Assembly: GCA_040182905.1 (NCBI GenBank) | Contig: JARQWU010000095.1 | Span: 1 to 33,746, forward strand | Direction of reading: 5' to 3' | DNA: 33,746 nucleotides | Source: Barthelona sp. PAP020 | Lineage: Eukaryota | In this document: piece after piece, positions 11,301 through 20,827 of the stretch | Layout of the letters: every line of letters begins with the position of its first letter | Numbering within the stretch: the stretch's first letter is position 1 | Translations under genes and position numbers: made by a program | The notes under the pieces: generated by a model | Database searches by the model: none | Seen by the model: the letters and a program-made list of their open reading frames with translations, nothing else | Told to the model about the DNA's origin: nothing

Positions 11301-13955
11301 TAAAGCTTCATTTTCGTCAATCAACTTTGAATTTATTGAAGGAATAGTTATTTTTCTCTTTTTTTTATCGGTAAAATCATCATTTGTTGAATTAGGGATT
11401 ACTCTTTCATTAAAGGGTCTCCAACCATCTAATGTTTGTGAAACTATATGTATCACAGGCTGAATCACTTCTAAAGGGATGGTTTTTGTTAAATGAGCAA
11501 GCATCGATCCAAAAGGTTCAATTCCAACCTTTAATAGCTCAAAAGAATAGTTACGCTCAAACAATTCTCTAAATAAACAAGAATATGCAATGACAACCAG
11601 ACCAATAGATGTGGGAACTATATTTGAACACTTTGTAAGATCATTGAAAAAAGAAACTTCCTTGTTGATCAATTGAACAAACTCATGTGAATCTGAATGA
11701 CTACCACCAACAAAAATTAACTTTTCAAGACAATCAAACAAAACCCAAGAAAATCTCACTGTGTTAAATGTCTTTTTCCAATCTGTAAAATTAATCTCAA
11801 ATAATTCTCGTATGCCATAAGCGATAGCTAATGATAAACAATCAAATAACGTTGGAATATTGGATATAGATTCGGTGGTATCGTTTAAATGATGACTAAC
11901 GAATGTGGTAACTTGCTGTGATACAACACTGACAAATGTCTTGGTACTGATTTGTTCTTCATATGAAATACTGGCAATTAACTCAAGCAATGCGTGAAAT
12001 AGAATTTTTAACTGGTCTAAATTTGCGATGTTCATATCGCTCAAAGATATTTTCACTTTCTTATTGACTTCTTGATTATCTCTAAATTCTAATCCTTTTG
12101 TTGAAGTCGTAATTGTAGGCGTTGACTGTAAATCAATCTTCAATTCATCATCATCATCAGTATCCTTCGGATTTTCCATCATTCTCTTACTTCTAAAGCT
12201 GGTCTGTTGTTCAGAAATAAGACATTTATTTTGAATAACAGAAAGAATCAAATTGAAGGTGACTGAGAAGAATTTGGTCATTGCATCGGCATTATTAATA
12301 TTTTTAATCTGCTGAATCAGATTTGGCTGGACAATATTTTCTCCTAAATCAGTAATTATCCGATTTAATGCTGAATCTTGACTATATATACTACTAAACG
12401 CTTTTAAACCATATTGAAAAATCCTTCTTCCCTGACATATCTTCGGAAAATTGATATTTGTCAAATAGCCTTCATTTAAACATGTGTACAAGGACATTTC
12501 ATAAACACCATCAGAAATCATCGTTGAATTTGGGAATAATTTGATAAATCCTTCAGCAACAAGAATTGGAGGGTCAATGTTCTTCCTAGAGACATGATAA
12601 AAGGAAACAATTAAATGTAAATCTTCAGATATATCAATTGGAGGAACAATTTGAAATTCAGACAAAAAGGAAGGCATTCTATCATGATATTCAACATTTG
12701 TCCATAATTCATCGGTCAAAGCCATATTGGTTTGATCAAAAAGTATACTTTTACGAGATTCAACAGATAAATCATCTTTATCTGCACAATGAATGCATAT
12801 GGCGATGTTTCTAATGTTCTTTCTTCCATCAGGTTTTAAATAACGTTCATAAGCTTCAAAATCAACTTTTATTGGAAAAAAATAAATGAGATGATCGAAT
12901 CCCGATGACGGACTTACAAATGAGAAGAGGTTTCCTTGTGATAAGGTATCAGAAACTACACGTCGAGTGAAACTTGGAGATTCAACTCGTAACAAAGGGC
13001 TAGGCATTAATAAGTATACTGAAGGTCTAGCAGGATTAACCTCTTCAGTAGACATACATTTGGTTCTATCAATAGGCATGCAGTTGATATCCAAATTACC
13101 GATTGAAAGATGTTCATTTGAGTTATTACTTGAAGGTGTGAGTTGTTTCAATGTTGATGAATTAATGGGATATATCTTAGCATTTAAAATGGATACACTA
13201 GTCATCAAGAGATCTATTCCCACAGAAGCATAATAATTCAAAGATATGAAATTTGTTGCTGACACAGGATGATAAGGTCCATAGAATAAAACAGCCAACG
13301 CAAAATTGGACGAAAATTCAGACTGTAAAATACGAAACGAAATCGTTTGAGGTAAATCAGAAATGAAATATAATTTTGTTTCAGTAACACGCGTATTTTT
13401 ACTGTAATCAAAAATAAACAATGATACATGAGAGATAGCTTCAGAAATAATGGGTACATTAATCATAAATTTTACTTCAAAAATTTTTGTCTTAATAGAC
13501 TCTCGTTCATAAGATTGTAAGGATCTAGACGATAATCCAGCAGTTTTGACATCAAACCATGGTGAAAAATACTGTAAAATGGGAAATTTATCATCATTTT
13601 CGGATTTAAATTTCTCTAAATATTTTGGATCTTTAATGACATTTTTTTGATAATATAATTGTCGATTATGTATAGATACAAAGGATTTTGATAAATAATC
13701 CAATGCAACACTCAACTGTAAAGAAGAAGTAGAAGACCTTTTTTTATTTTTTGTATCTTTTACTAAATGTTTCAATTGAATAGGCAATTTAGATTCATTA
13801 TCTGCATATAAAATGGTTGGTGGTGTCAATACATATTCATCTATTAAAGAACCAATGTCAAAATCTAAAGAATTTGATAAATTTAATAGATGTGGTGATA
13901 TGTTCGATAAATTATGTTTAAACTCTTTTGATTGATCTATATCCTTATGTGACAT
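8349..13955 (-). CDS. DOCK-family (DOCK-C/D, zizimin-like) Rho-family GEF, 1868 aa
   Basis: C2/DHR-1 segment HLIYFFPIKVDF...RNIAICI...TNVEYHDRMPSFLSEFQIVPP...LHLIVSFYHVS. C-terminal DHR-2 segment RFGSFFYVSFIGKDFGMLDGKSYIYRD...RPFP...RRIEV...GTLIPPVQMGI. Confidence 0.88.
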   Translation of the reverse strand: MSHKDIDQSKEFKHNLSNISPHLLNLSNSLDFDIGSLIDEYVLTPPTILYADNESKLPIQLKHLVKDTKNKKRSSTSSLQLSVALDYLSKSFVSIHNRQLYYQKNVIKDPKYLEKFKSENDDKFPILQYFSPWFDVKTAGLSSRSLQSYERESIKTKIFEVKFMINVPIISEAISHVSLFIFDYSKNTRVTETKLYFISDLPQTISFRILQSEFSSNFALAVLFYGPYHPVSATNFISLNYYASVGIDLLMTSVSILNAKIYPINSSTLKQLTPSSNNSNEHLSIGNLDINCMPIDRTKCMSTEEVNPARPSVYLLMPSPLLRVESPSFTRRVVSDTLSQGNLFSFVSPSSGFDHLIYFFPIKVDFEAYERYLKPDGRKNIRNIAICIHCADKDDLSVESRKSILFDQTNMALTDELWTNVEYHDRMPSFLSEFQIVPPIDISEDLHLIVSFYHVSRKNIDPPILVAEGFIKLFPNSTMISDGVYEMSLYTCLNEGYLTNINFPKICQGRRIFQYGLKAFSSIYSQDSALNRIITDLGENIVQPNLIQQIKNINNADAMTKFFSVTFNLILSVIQNKCLISEQQTSFRSKRMMENPKDTDDDDELKIDLQSTPTITTSTKGLEFRDNQEVNKKVKISLSDMNIANLDQLKILFHALLELIASISYEEQISTKTFVSVVSQQVTTFVSHHLNDTTESISNIPTLFDCLSLAIAYGIRELFEINFTDWKKTFNTVRFSWVLFDCLEKLIFVGGSHSDSHEFVQLINKEVSFFNDLTKCSNIVPTSIGLVVIAYSCLFRELFERNYSFELLKVGIEPFGSMLAHLTKTIPLEVIQPVIHIVSQTLDGWRPFNERVIPNSTNDDFTDKKKRKITIPSINSKLIDENEALTVEIKHYFSSNTFNVSRNLYDLLTIFGAGISSSDEYMCLLTELHWGSQRINDVEAMKQYLLKENPILFEFLYIIALPFNNLIKFSPNASFDFDETKSTVIVALQLFRMHLTKISYDEKILQGDYISLENIFNSYFYFLFILCSNNSILRCLINVLNETKTGGFELLIIVLSLFYQSSIELPMFFIKNLRLSALSNFLKFLSKLLYFCDLNYLKDFLNKKGKIFEKQRNLENLKNFVERSFIEKTSLARVTSFARPKQIYVRNEDILEISQLLSVSMLKTVFTKVLSPLSTIRLEKGYKQLANNLLLAKKNRDNTISSISIHGLTNLMLIFDNFFLTIQELLKCQIPPKFLENLYEFLSIFACNRFKLMVFNSIHYHYEILKNSRFVITSKHILKSPLLTKLPHAYFIIEFALNGCINDNLTVRKAAAALFAEMLKTNFSKCRYLTTLAISKIFSPNYLTKDIIDKLNLSINYLISDVVWPTNKPAIKKFIGHNFKTMIDANERLSIIHSIPVDTRDNDTYFEVLYELSIQQSAVPQLRLNNLKNLLEEMINVFTVQNLSVEAAMVCFEIVLIILFQNELHDVCQMNLSSELHHLKGFYENFVKTFQKVENDENREEISSDFGLDKLFEQLLFGIEIFDRNEYYEHAIELANMCFRIFQITNYFEISKSLFEKFIKIYQKVSNLQFPEPKNGEGCRFGSFFYVSFIGKDFGMLDGKSYIYRDFPFTKFPDVVAKIEKTLPADILNKVISCGSIEGNKDINKAYLVVKEVQPLLKPIECSIKDDSNLIRANGQFIDNSSLRTFYFETKYNPTPAKGDGITRIYNRINQFTIKRPFPQPIRRIEVKSSATIKQNPATVISNSLIEKIKILEDENVNAEDRQYCLYGTLIPPVQMGIKGIFEQFFINNDQHVIEGIEELKNTLCQFFDACKIALFFDQESNFHPEFHEQLVQGFNNLIELTSEYLGYEGGKYVDFEEEEEEEDFEED

Positions 13956-14070
13956 TCATACAACATAAATTCTAACAAATATTATTTGAATGAAAAGAAT
14001 CCTGTAAAATTCCCTTTTTAAAATTAAATTGTAATTTTTTTTTTTACCAATTTAAAAAAAGATATTTCTC

Positions 14071-14796
14071 ATGAGTGATGATGAATTCGATAGATGGTCA
14101 AGTAGCGATCGTCCTTTAACACCTTCTGAAAAAGATTTTACCTATGGAACTACTTTTCAAAACAATGATGAAGAAAATCTTCAAAATAATTTTAATAATA
14201 CAGAATCAGATTTTATTGATACCAAAAAGAAGAAAAAAATTTATTATGAAAGGTTTGAAAAAACAGACCCTTGGGCTACTTTAACATTACCTAAATTGAG
14301 TTCTTCAACACATTTACACAAACTAAACATGACCAAAGTCAATAAAACTACCACTAAAAAAATGAAAAAAAAATCTAACTTGAACACAAGTGGGAAATTT
14401 GAGCATCGTAGTCAAAGAAAAGCTCAAACTCAAAGGTTGTACCGAAATCCAGATTATTTCAATGATATTCCTGTGAATTCAAGTCCCAGATATCTCACTA
14501 AACAATCGACCCCTTTTGGTTTTGAAGATTCTGGACATTTAGATATCCCTAAGCCATTGAATTTTGACAAAATGAATAGTACGAATGCTGTTGATATGAC
14601 TGATCCCATTGCGAAATTCTCCCGTCCTACTGTTCGTAGTGCAAGGTTAACTAGGGAAAAAAATACAAATAAAAGACAAGAATTTACCAGACCAAAAACT
14701 GCAGGCATTCCTTTGGCGACTTTTTCATCTCGTTTTGATGCTTTTCCCAAGAGAAGAAATGAGTGGAAGACAGATTATTCCTTTTTGCCAAATTAA
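14071..14796 (+). CDS. hypothetical protein, 241 aa, probably disordered and basic
   Basis: ATG-initiated ORF divergent from DOCK with genome-typical codon usage. No domain recognised. Confidence 0.75.
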   Translation: MSDDEFDRWSSSDRPLTPSEKDFTYGTTFQNNDEENLQNNFNNTESDFIDTKKKKKIYYERFEKTDPWATLTLPKLSSSTHLHKLNMTKVNKTTTKKMKKKSNLNTSGKFEHRSQRKAQTQRLYRNPDYFNDIPVNSSPRYLTKQSTPFGFEDSGHLDIPKPLNFDKMNSTNAVDMTDPIAKFSRPTVRSARLTREKNTNKRQEFTRPKTAGIPLATFSSRFDAFPKRRNEWKTDYSFLPN

Positions 14797-14923
14797 TTTA
14801 TAAATTAGACTTGTATATTTATTTTGTCTTGTTTTCATTCCCAAAAAACACCTTTTGTGTAAAAAAAAAAAAAGACTCACACACACAGAAAAAATACTTT
14901 ATACAATAACACAAAAAATTCAG

Positions 14924-15787
14924 CTAGGTTTTCATGGCCTTCTCTTGGTCTTGCCCAACATCAATCCGATTAGCACCTATACCGTACACATCTGAGGGTG
15001 CTTTGGAAATTTTAATGTCGCCCTCTTCAGCTAAAAGAATCCATGACCAAGGAATACAATAAACCGCATGAAGACCATTAGTTTCCAAGCTATCATCGAA
15101 GTATCGCACCAAATAATGAATTTCTGTGATTTTTGAAGCAGTATTATACCAATTTCTTCTTCCTAAAATCCAAGCAGGGTAAAAAGTAGTAGAATCTGGA
15201 TATACCGCTAAAACTACATCTCCAATTTGAAAAAAACTATCTATTGTGGGCAATTTCCTGATTTTAGCAGATGTAACCTGATAACATGTCTTTTTATCAA
15301 CATAATCTGCAATAGTATAAATATCATCTTTTTTTTCCTTTATTGAACCCAGTATCCAATATATATTATTATCTAAGGATATTTCAACTGCTACGCGTTG
15401 CCCCATCTCTGAATTATAAAATTTTCTAAAAATTTCAAATCCAACAAAATCTTTCTTGAATGATTCATTATTGAAAACTCCTTCTATAAAAATGATAGTT
15501 TCATAAGCTAAAATATCTTCCAATAATTTTATTAATTCATCTAAACTTTTTTTGTAATTATTTGCTTCTTTTTTTATTGAATACAGTTTTTCTTTAATAC
15601 CAAATTTTTGATGATAAACACCAAGATTAATATTTTCATTATCAATATTATTTTGAGTATAATTGCAAGATACATTAAAATCATTGATATCAGTTTGTAG
15701 ATTTGTTCTTGTATCCTGAGTATTTGCAATAACATTATCAAAACTTTCTTGCATTGAAAACCATTTGTTTGCAAGAATTGTTGACAT
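14924..15787 (-). CDS. SGF29: SAGA-associated factor 29-like tandem Tudor protein
   Basis: An N-terminal coiled coil is followed by GQRVAV...WILGSI...YTIADY and FQIGDVVLAVYPDSTTFYPA...YLVRYFDD, matching the SGF29 C-terminal double Tudor (LA.YP.TT.FY.A). Confidence 0.8.
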   Translation of the reverse strand: MSTILANKWFSMQESFDNVIANTQDTRTNLQTDINDFNVSCNYTQNNIDNENINLGVYHQKFGIKEKLYSIKKEANNYKKSLDELIKLLEDILAYETIIFIEGVFNNESFKKDFVGFEIFRKFYNSEMGQRVAVEISLDNNIYWILGSIKEKKDDIYTIADYVDKKTCYQVTSAKIRKLPTIDSFFQIGDVVLAVYPDSTTFYPAWILGRRNWYNTASKITEIHYLVRYFDDSLETNGLHAVYCIPWSWILLAEEGDIKISKAPSDVYGIGANRIDVGQDQEKAMKT

Positions 15788-15825
15788 GTTTCACAAAAAA
15801 ATTTTAGATTTTTATTCATTGAAAC
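15788..15825. promoter_or_regulatory. 38-bp divergent intergenic region, putative bidirectional core promoter
   Basis: Head-to-head ATGs at 15787(-) and 15826(+). Both read TGAAACATG, and TCATT lies at 15816-15820. Confidence 0.55.
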
Positions 15826-16767
15826 ATGAGTTACAAACCACGTTTTCAATTCGATCAACCTTTGGAAGATCGTGAAAAAGTGATAGATGATCAACCCGAT
15901 GATAATAATTATTTTCAAAACGATTTAAATACCAATAGTTCAAATTCAACAATTTCTAATGACCAATTCATTCAAAGAATAGAATCTGATACAGCTCAAT
16001 CACCTATTTCAAAGATTTCTCCTCGAAAATCAACACCAAATTTAAATATTCATCATTCAAACATTCAATTCAAAACACATTCTGAAGAATTAAATTATTA
16101 CAGAACTAGAATGATTGAAGTTGAAAAGAGATTAGCTGCCATGGATTCTATACGTCAATTGACTACTGAACAAGTTTCCAAATATAAAATTAATGTAGGT
16201 ATTGCAATGGATGCATTAAAGGCCCAAAATGCAGAATTAGTGGATAAGATACATGCAATTGAGATTGAAAAAGAAAATTTCGAGCAAGACATTATCACTT
16301 TAAAGAACGAGATTAACAGCTACAAAAGTTTAAAGACAGAAATAGAAAAATTGAGGGATTCTGAGAATCTTTATAAGGCAAGATGTGCGACATTGATGAA
16401 AGAGCAAGAGAAATTAAAGAACTCCTTGTTGGATGAACAGTTTCATGAACGCACAGAAAAAAACAGTTATATAAGGACAATGCAACCTTCTAAACTTCCA
16501 AATCGACCTTCATTAATTTTGCAACCTTCTCCTACATTATCCGAACAAGAACGCACAATTATGGAAGGGATCCACAAATTAGACAACATTTTAGAGGATA
16601 AGAACGATTTCAGAATCGAGGAAAAGAAGCTTTTAAACACACCCAAACCGAGAACGGGTCCATTGCCTCGAGCTCATGTATCTAAATTGGCTAATGCTAA
16701 AAGGAAAGGAAAAATAAATAATATAAAGCATCTTCCTTTACATGGAGTAAAAATGAATTTTCAATGA
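15826..16767 (+). CDS. hypothetical coiled-coil protein, 313 aa
   Basis: ATG-initiated ORF with a central heptad-rich E/K/L region. AATAAA lies just after the TGA stop. Confidence 0.8.
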   Translation: MSYKPRFQFDQPLEDREKVIDDQPDDNNYFQNDLNTNSSNSTISNDQFIQRIESDTAQSPISKISPRKSTPNLNIHHSNIQFKTHSEELNYYRTRMIEVEKRLAAMDSIRQLTTEQVSKYKINVGIAMDALKAQNAELVDKIHAIEIEKENFEQDIITLKNEINSYKSLKTEIEKLRDSENLYKARCATLMKEQEKLKNSLLDEQFHERTEKNSYIRTMQPSKLPNRPSLILQPSPTLSEQERTIMEGIHKLDNILEDKNDFRIEEKKLLNTPKPRTGPLPRAHVSKLANAKRKGKINNIKHLPLHGVKMNFQ

Positions 16768-17100
16768 GATGAATAAACATGTACTTATTTTTTTTTTGCA
16801 AAACAATTTAAAGGTTATGTATCCTGTTTTTCTGTTAATTAGAATTGGATATGATTATTGAAAAGAAAACTGAGCTTTAGCTATTGATTTGTTGAAGATA
16901 AATATGCACTGGAGATTTTTTTTGATTTTTCAATTTTAGAACTTGAAAACACTCTTTCACAATTCCTGGAGTCAAAAAAATTGTATTTTTAGATCCAATT
17001 CACAGCATTTATAGTATTTCTCGTGTTTCTTCCAAAAAAAAAAAAATAAAAAAAAGACAAATAATCAAGACTATGGTACATTTATTAAGAACGTTGGATT

Positions 17101-18015
17101 TTACCCTCTTCTCAATGGAGGCAAAGCTCCTAACCTTTTGGGTTGCTTTGATAGAAGTGACTGACGCATTAAAGACTTTCTTTTGTTTTCTGCTTTTACG
17201 ATTCTCCCAGCAATGAAAGGGTGTCTAAGTATTTCAGTCAATGAAAGTCTTTCTTCTGCTTTGGTTAAGGTTCTAAAGATGAAATCTTTTGCAACATCAG
17301 AAATAGCATCAGGTAATGGAGGGATTTGAATCTGATGAATTTTTAATTTTGTAGCGTTTTCTGAATCTGCATCAAATGGGGGTCTTCCAACGAGCATTTC
17401 AAAAGTAAGAACGCCTAAAGCCCAAATATCTACTCCTTGATCATACCCTTTTCCAGAAAGAATTTCCGGAGCCAAATAATCAATTGTTCCGCAAATTGTG
17501 TATCTTCTGGCGTCCTTGGATTGAATTGCTGATCCAAAATCAGCAATTTTGATCTCATCTTCATTCGATAACAATAAATTTTCCAATTTTAAATCTCTAT
17601 GAATAATATGATGATGTTGTAAATGACCTAAAGCACGAGATAATTGGGCAATGTAATTTGCAGTTAATTCTTCAGAAAAATGATGGTTTGTTTTTAATTT
17701 GGTATATAAATTACCACCAGAAGCATATTCTTGAATCAAATACACATTGTCTTCATCTTCAAACAAGCCAAATAATCGAATAATATTATTATGAAACAAC
17801 TTAGTCTGTATGCTAACTTCTCGATTAAATTGATCTCCAATGACTTCAATTTGTAAATCTGTTTTTTTCAATGTTTTTAAAGCGATTATACATTCGGATT
17901 CTTTTTCTCTAGACAAAAAAACTTTTCCATATCTTCCACAACCAATTTCAGGCCCTATTATAAAATCGTTAATGCTCCAATATTCCTTTTCTTCAGTTTG
18001 ATCTATTGAAGGCAT
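17101..18015 (-). CDS. Aurora/Ipl1-like Ser/Thr protein kinase
   Basis: WSINDFIIG..IGCGRYGKVFLSREK..IIALK, HRDLKLEN, DFG and activation loop RRYTICGTIDYLAPE. The C-terminal RLSLTEILRHPFI resembles the Aurora D-box region. Confidence 0.88.
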   Translation of the reverse strand: MPSIDQTEEKEYWSINDFIIGPEIGCGRYGKVFLSREKESECIIALKTLKKTDLQIEVIGDQFNREVSIQTKLFHNNIIRLFGLFEDEDNVYLIQEYASGGNLYTKLKTNHHFSEELTANYIAQLSRALGHLQHHHIIHRDLKLENLLLSNEDEIKIADFGSAIQSKDARRYTICGTIDYLAPEILSGKGYDQGVDIWALGVLTFEMLVGRPPFDADSENATKLKIHQIQIPPLPDAISDVAKDFIFRTLTKAEERLSLTEILRHPFIAGRIVKAENKRKSLMRQSLLSKQPKRLGALPPLRRG

Positions 18016-18216
18016 GAACGAACATCAAAAAAATTCAAAAAAAATAGGTAACTTTTTCAAGCTCTTTTATTTCAATCAATAATTCATAATATTGTCAAAT
18101 ATCGTTGATTCTTTGATGATAAATTTAAAAGAAACGTCAATAAGGGAGATATTAACCTTTGATTTTTAAAGAAAATAAAAAGTGGACAACATTAATTTTT
18201 TATATAATTCATTGAA

Positions 18217-19230
18217 ATGGTTAAATATCATCCAATTGTTAACAAATGGAGAAAGAAGAATCAAAATCATGAAGCTTTTAAATTGGTACATCAATTGACT
18301 GTTTCAAATGTTTTTGAAGTGACTATTGATTCATCTTACGATGATGAAACAGCTCAAGCTATATTGTATGCAATGGCTGCAAATCCTTCAGTTCAAACTT
18401 TTGCTTTTAATATCAATGAAGAATATGTAAAAATGAATGAAGCTTTGGAAGAAATAATTTCAAAGAAACCTTTGCAAAATTTAATTCTTGGTTACACTAT
18501 GGGTTCTGTTGAGCATGTTGAACATATTGCCAGTTTATTTGAAAATGTATCTGCTCTTCAAATCATGGCAGTTGATAATGATTCGTTGAATTCTTTATTA
18601 CATGGGTTTTTTGATGGAAAAATACACACATTAACTTTAAGTTCTCATGATTTAGAAGCGGAATTTGTAATATCTCCAGGAAATTTATTGAGATTTGCTA
18701 AATTAAAAGTTTTAAATGTTAATCTGAAATTAAATCCTTTGAATATTGAGGAAATTTTTGGTAATGTTAGTGAGACCAATTGTTCATGGCAGGCTTTATC
18801 TTTTGATCATGTTTCAGACGAAATATCTTCGAACAATTTAGCCAAAATTCACAATGTAAAAAGTTTGGTATTTTTACGGATCAATAATTCAAAGATTGAA
18901 GATATGGGACTTTTTATTGAAAGTTTGAAATGTTTACCTGGTTTAGGGAACCTATTTTTAGAAAATTGTGATTTAAATACTGAAGAAATTATTCAATTGC
19001 TTTCTTGTATTAAAGCCATGAAAATCAAAGATCTTGATCTTTCTTTCAACAATGGTGAAGAAGCGGCTTATGATGTTCTTACTGAAATCTTAGCTGATGA
19101 GAACAATTTTGTTGGTTGCCAGTTTTTATATTTTAAACAAAACAACCAAAAGGATATTTCTATTCAATGTGTTCAAAGATTGAAAGATGTTTTGAGTTTA
19201 AGAGGAATTGAATCAAATTTGGGACGATAA
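18217..19230 (+). CDS. leucine-rich repeat (RNI-like) protein, 337 aa
   Basis: Repeated LxxLxLxxN/C units: LVFLRINNSKI, LGNLFLENCDL, IKDLDLSFNN, CQFLYFKQN. Confidence 0.75.
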   Translation: MVKYHPIVNKWRKKNQNHEAFKLVHQLTVSNVFEVTIDSSYDDETAQAILYAMAANPSVQTFAFNINEEYVKMNEALEEIISKKPLQNLILGYTMGSVEHVEHIASLFENVSALQIMAVDNDSLNSLLHGFFDGKIHTLTLSSHDLEAEFVISPGNLLRFAKLKVLNVNLKLNPLNIEEIFGNVSETNCSWQALSFDHVSDEISSNNLAKIHNVKSLVFLRINNSKIEDMGLFIESLKCLPGLGNLFLENCDLNTEEIIQLLSCIKAMKIKDLDLSFNNGEEAAYDVLTEILADENNFVGCQFLYFKQNNQKDISIQCVQRLKDVLSLRGIESNLGR

Positions 19231-19605
19231 ATGGGTGTTTTATTATTATTATTTTACGTTTCTAATTTGAAGTGTTTTGGCTATTTTTGAGTTTTCACCC
19301 GTTCTGATTGATCAGTTCACCATCAATTTTTAGCAAACACAAAGGATCAATGTTGGAGTAATCTTCTCAGTTCATAAATCTATCAAATGTCAACTTTCGT
19401 ATATTTATATTGGTGTTTGAGGATTAAATTCAAGAAATCATCATCATAGCAATAACTTGAAACTTGGAAAGAAAAACAATAATTTAAACATTTGTTTAAA
19501 GACCAATGAAAGCAAGACTGAATAAAAAAGGGTAAATACAAAGAAATTGTTGCAAAAAAAAAATAAGATACAACTGTTCTTTTTAGTGTATTTACTCCTG
19601 AAAAG

Positions 19606-20583
19606 ATGAAAGCAGAAGAAGAAACAACAAATCAAATCAAAGTACCAACCAAAATAATGAAACCTTTGGCTAATTGTGTGGAAAAGTTTGAAAAGAATCC
19701 GATATTTGAAGATTTATTTCCCGATAATTATGTGTATGGATTGGATTATAGTTCTGATGGACGATTTTTTGCAGTTATAGGATGGCAGTATGGATTGCTT
19801 AGAGTCTATAATGTTGAAACACTTGAAATAATTCATGAAAAAGTATACATTAGAGGTGTTGGAGTGAATTTCAGTCCAGATTCTAAACTTTTGGCTATTG
19901 GAGGTTATGGTCCGGCAATTCATATTATTGAGGTTGATACTTGGAGCACAGTTAGAGTGATTAGAGGCATGGCCAAAGATGTGAAACATCTGTGGTTTTC
20001 ACCAGATAGCAAGCTGCTTTCTTTTGGTATGGATGATGGTTACATTGCCATATACACGGTCGAAGGACAGAAGTTGTTTGAAACTCGAGCACATGATGGT
20101 TATGTTTCATCTGTACATATCAGTTCCGATATGAAGTACTTTGTATCTGTTAGCAGAGACAGATGTTCAAAGTTGTTTTCACTGGATACCTTTGAAAGTC
20201 TCCATACATGGGAACATGATAAACAAGTTGAATCTGGTAATTTTTCGTTTGATGGTGTGTTTTGGGCAACTGGTACCAGTGATGGAGTAGTCAGAATATT
20301 TGATGTTGAATCTAGAGAGTTGGTGGGTAAATACAAGGTACATGACGGATATATTCAATCTACATTCTTTTCGTACGATTGTTCTTTGATTTACACTTGT
20401 TCAAAAGATCAGTCTTTTGCTGTAATCAGAAGGGAAACCGGTGAAGTGCTTCAAAAAGTAAAGGTGCCTTTTGAAATTTGTTGTATGGCACTCAATCATG
20501 ATGGAACTCGCTTGTTAAGTGGTAACTATACTAGTTGGGATGATTCTGCACCTCTTCAAGAATTCATTTCCACCACTGTTTAG
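19606..20583 (+). CDS. WD40-repeat beta-propeller protein, 325 aa
   Basis: About seven repeats with YSSDG/FSPDS/ISSDM/FSFDG/FSYDC turns, AHDGYV/VHDGYI and SRDRCSKLF/SDGVVRIFD motifs. Confidence 0.9.
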   Translation: MKAEEETTNQIKVPTKIMKPLANCVEKFEKNPIFEDLFPDNYVYGLDYSSDGRFFAVIGWQYGLLRVYNVETLEIIHEKVYIRGVGVNFSPDSKLLAIGGYGPAIHIIEVDTWSTVRVIRGMAKDVKHLWFSPDSKLLSFGMDDGYIAIYTVEGQKLFETRAHDGYVSSVHISSDMKYFVSVSRDRCSKLFSLDTFESLHTWEHDKQVESGNFSFDGVFWATGTSDGVVRIFDVESRELVGKYKVHDGYIQSTFFSYDCSLIYTCSKDQSFAVIRRETGEVLQKVKVPFEICCMALNHDGTRLLSGNYTSWDDSAPLQEFISTTV

Positions 20584-20827
20584 TTTTCATTTGATCGCAT
20601 TGTGTTTGTCTTCAAAACTTATAATTGACTGTCCATGTATATTTGTAAATGAATTTTTATTAATTTTTTTTTTTTTTTTTTTCTCTTTTCAGAAGAAAAG
20701 CTTGGTTTCTTGGTTCCTTTTCAATGTGGGAAGAAAGGTATAATACAACCAAAAAATATATGGAAATTTATGGACTACTTGAACAGGAAACTTGAATAAC
20801 CGACTAAAAATAACAGAGAATATCAAA

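Noticed and set aside
5503..14750. Antisense or alternate-frame ORFs inside kinesin, DOCK and the 14071 gene (e.g. 6226-6636, 10321-10671, 14454-14750)
   Set aside because: These are shadow ORFs from the codon bias of the real genes, with no motifs. The same applies to those nested in SGF29, WD40, Rictor, hSac2, the membrane protein, SPS2 and PIG-M.
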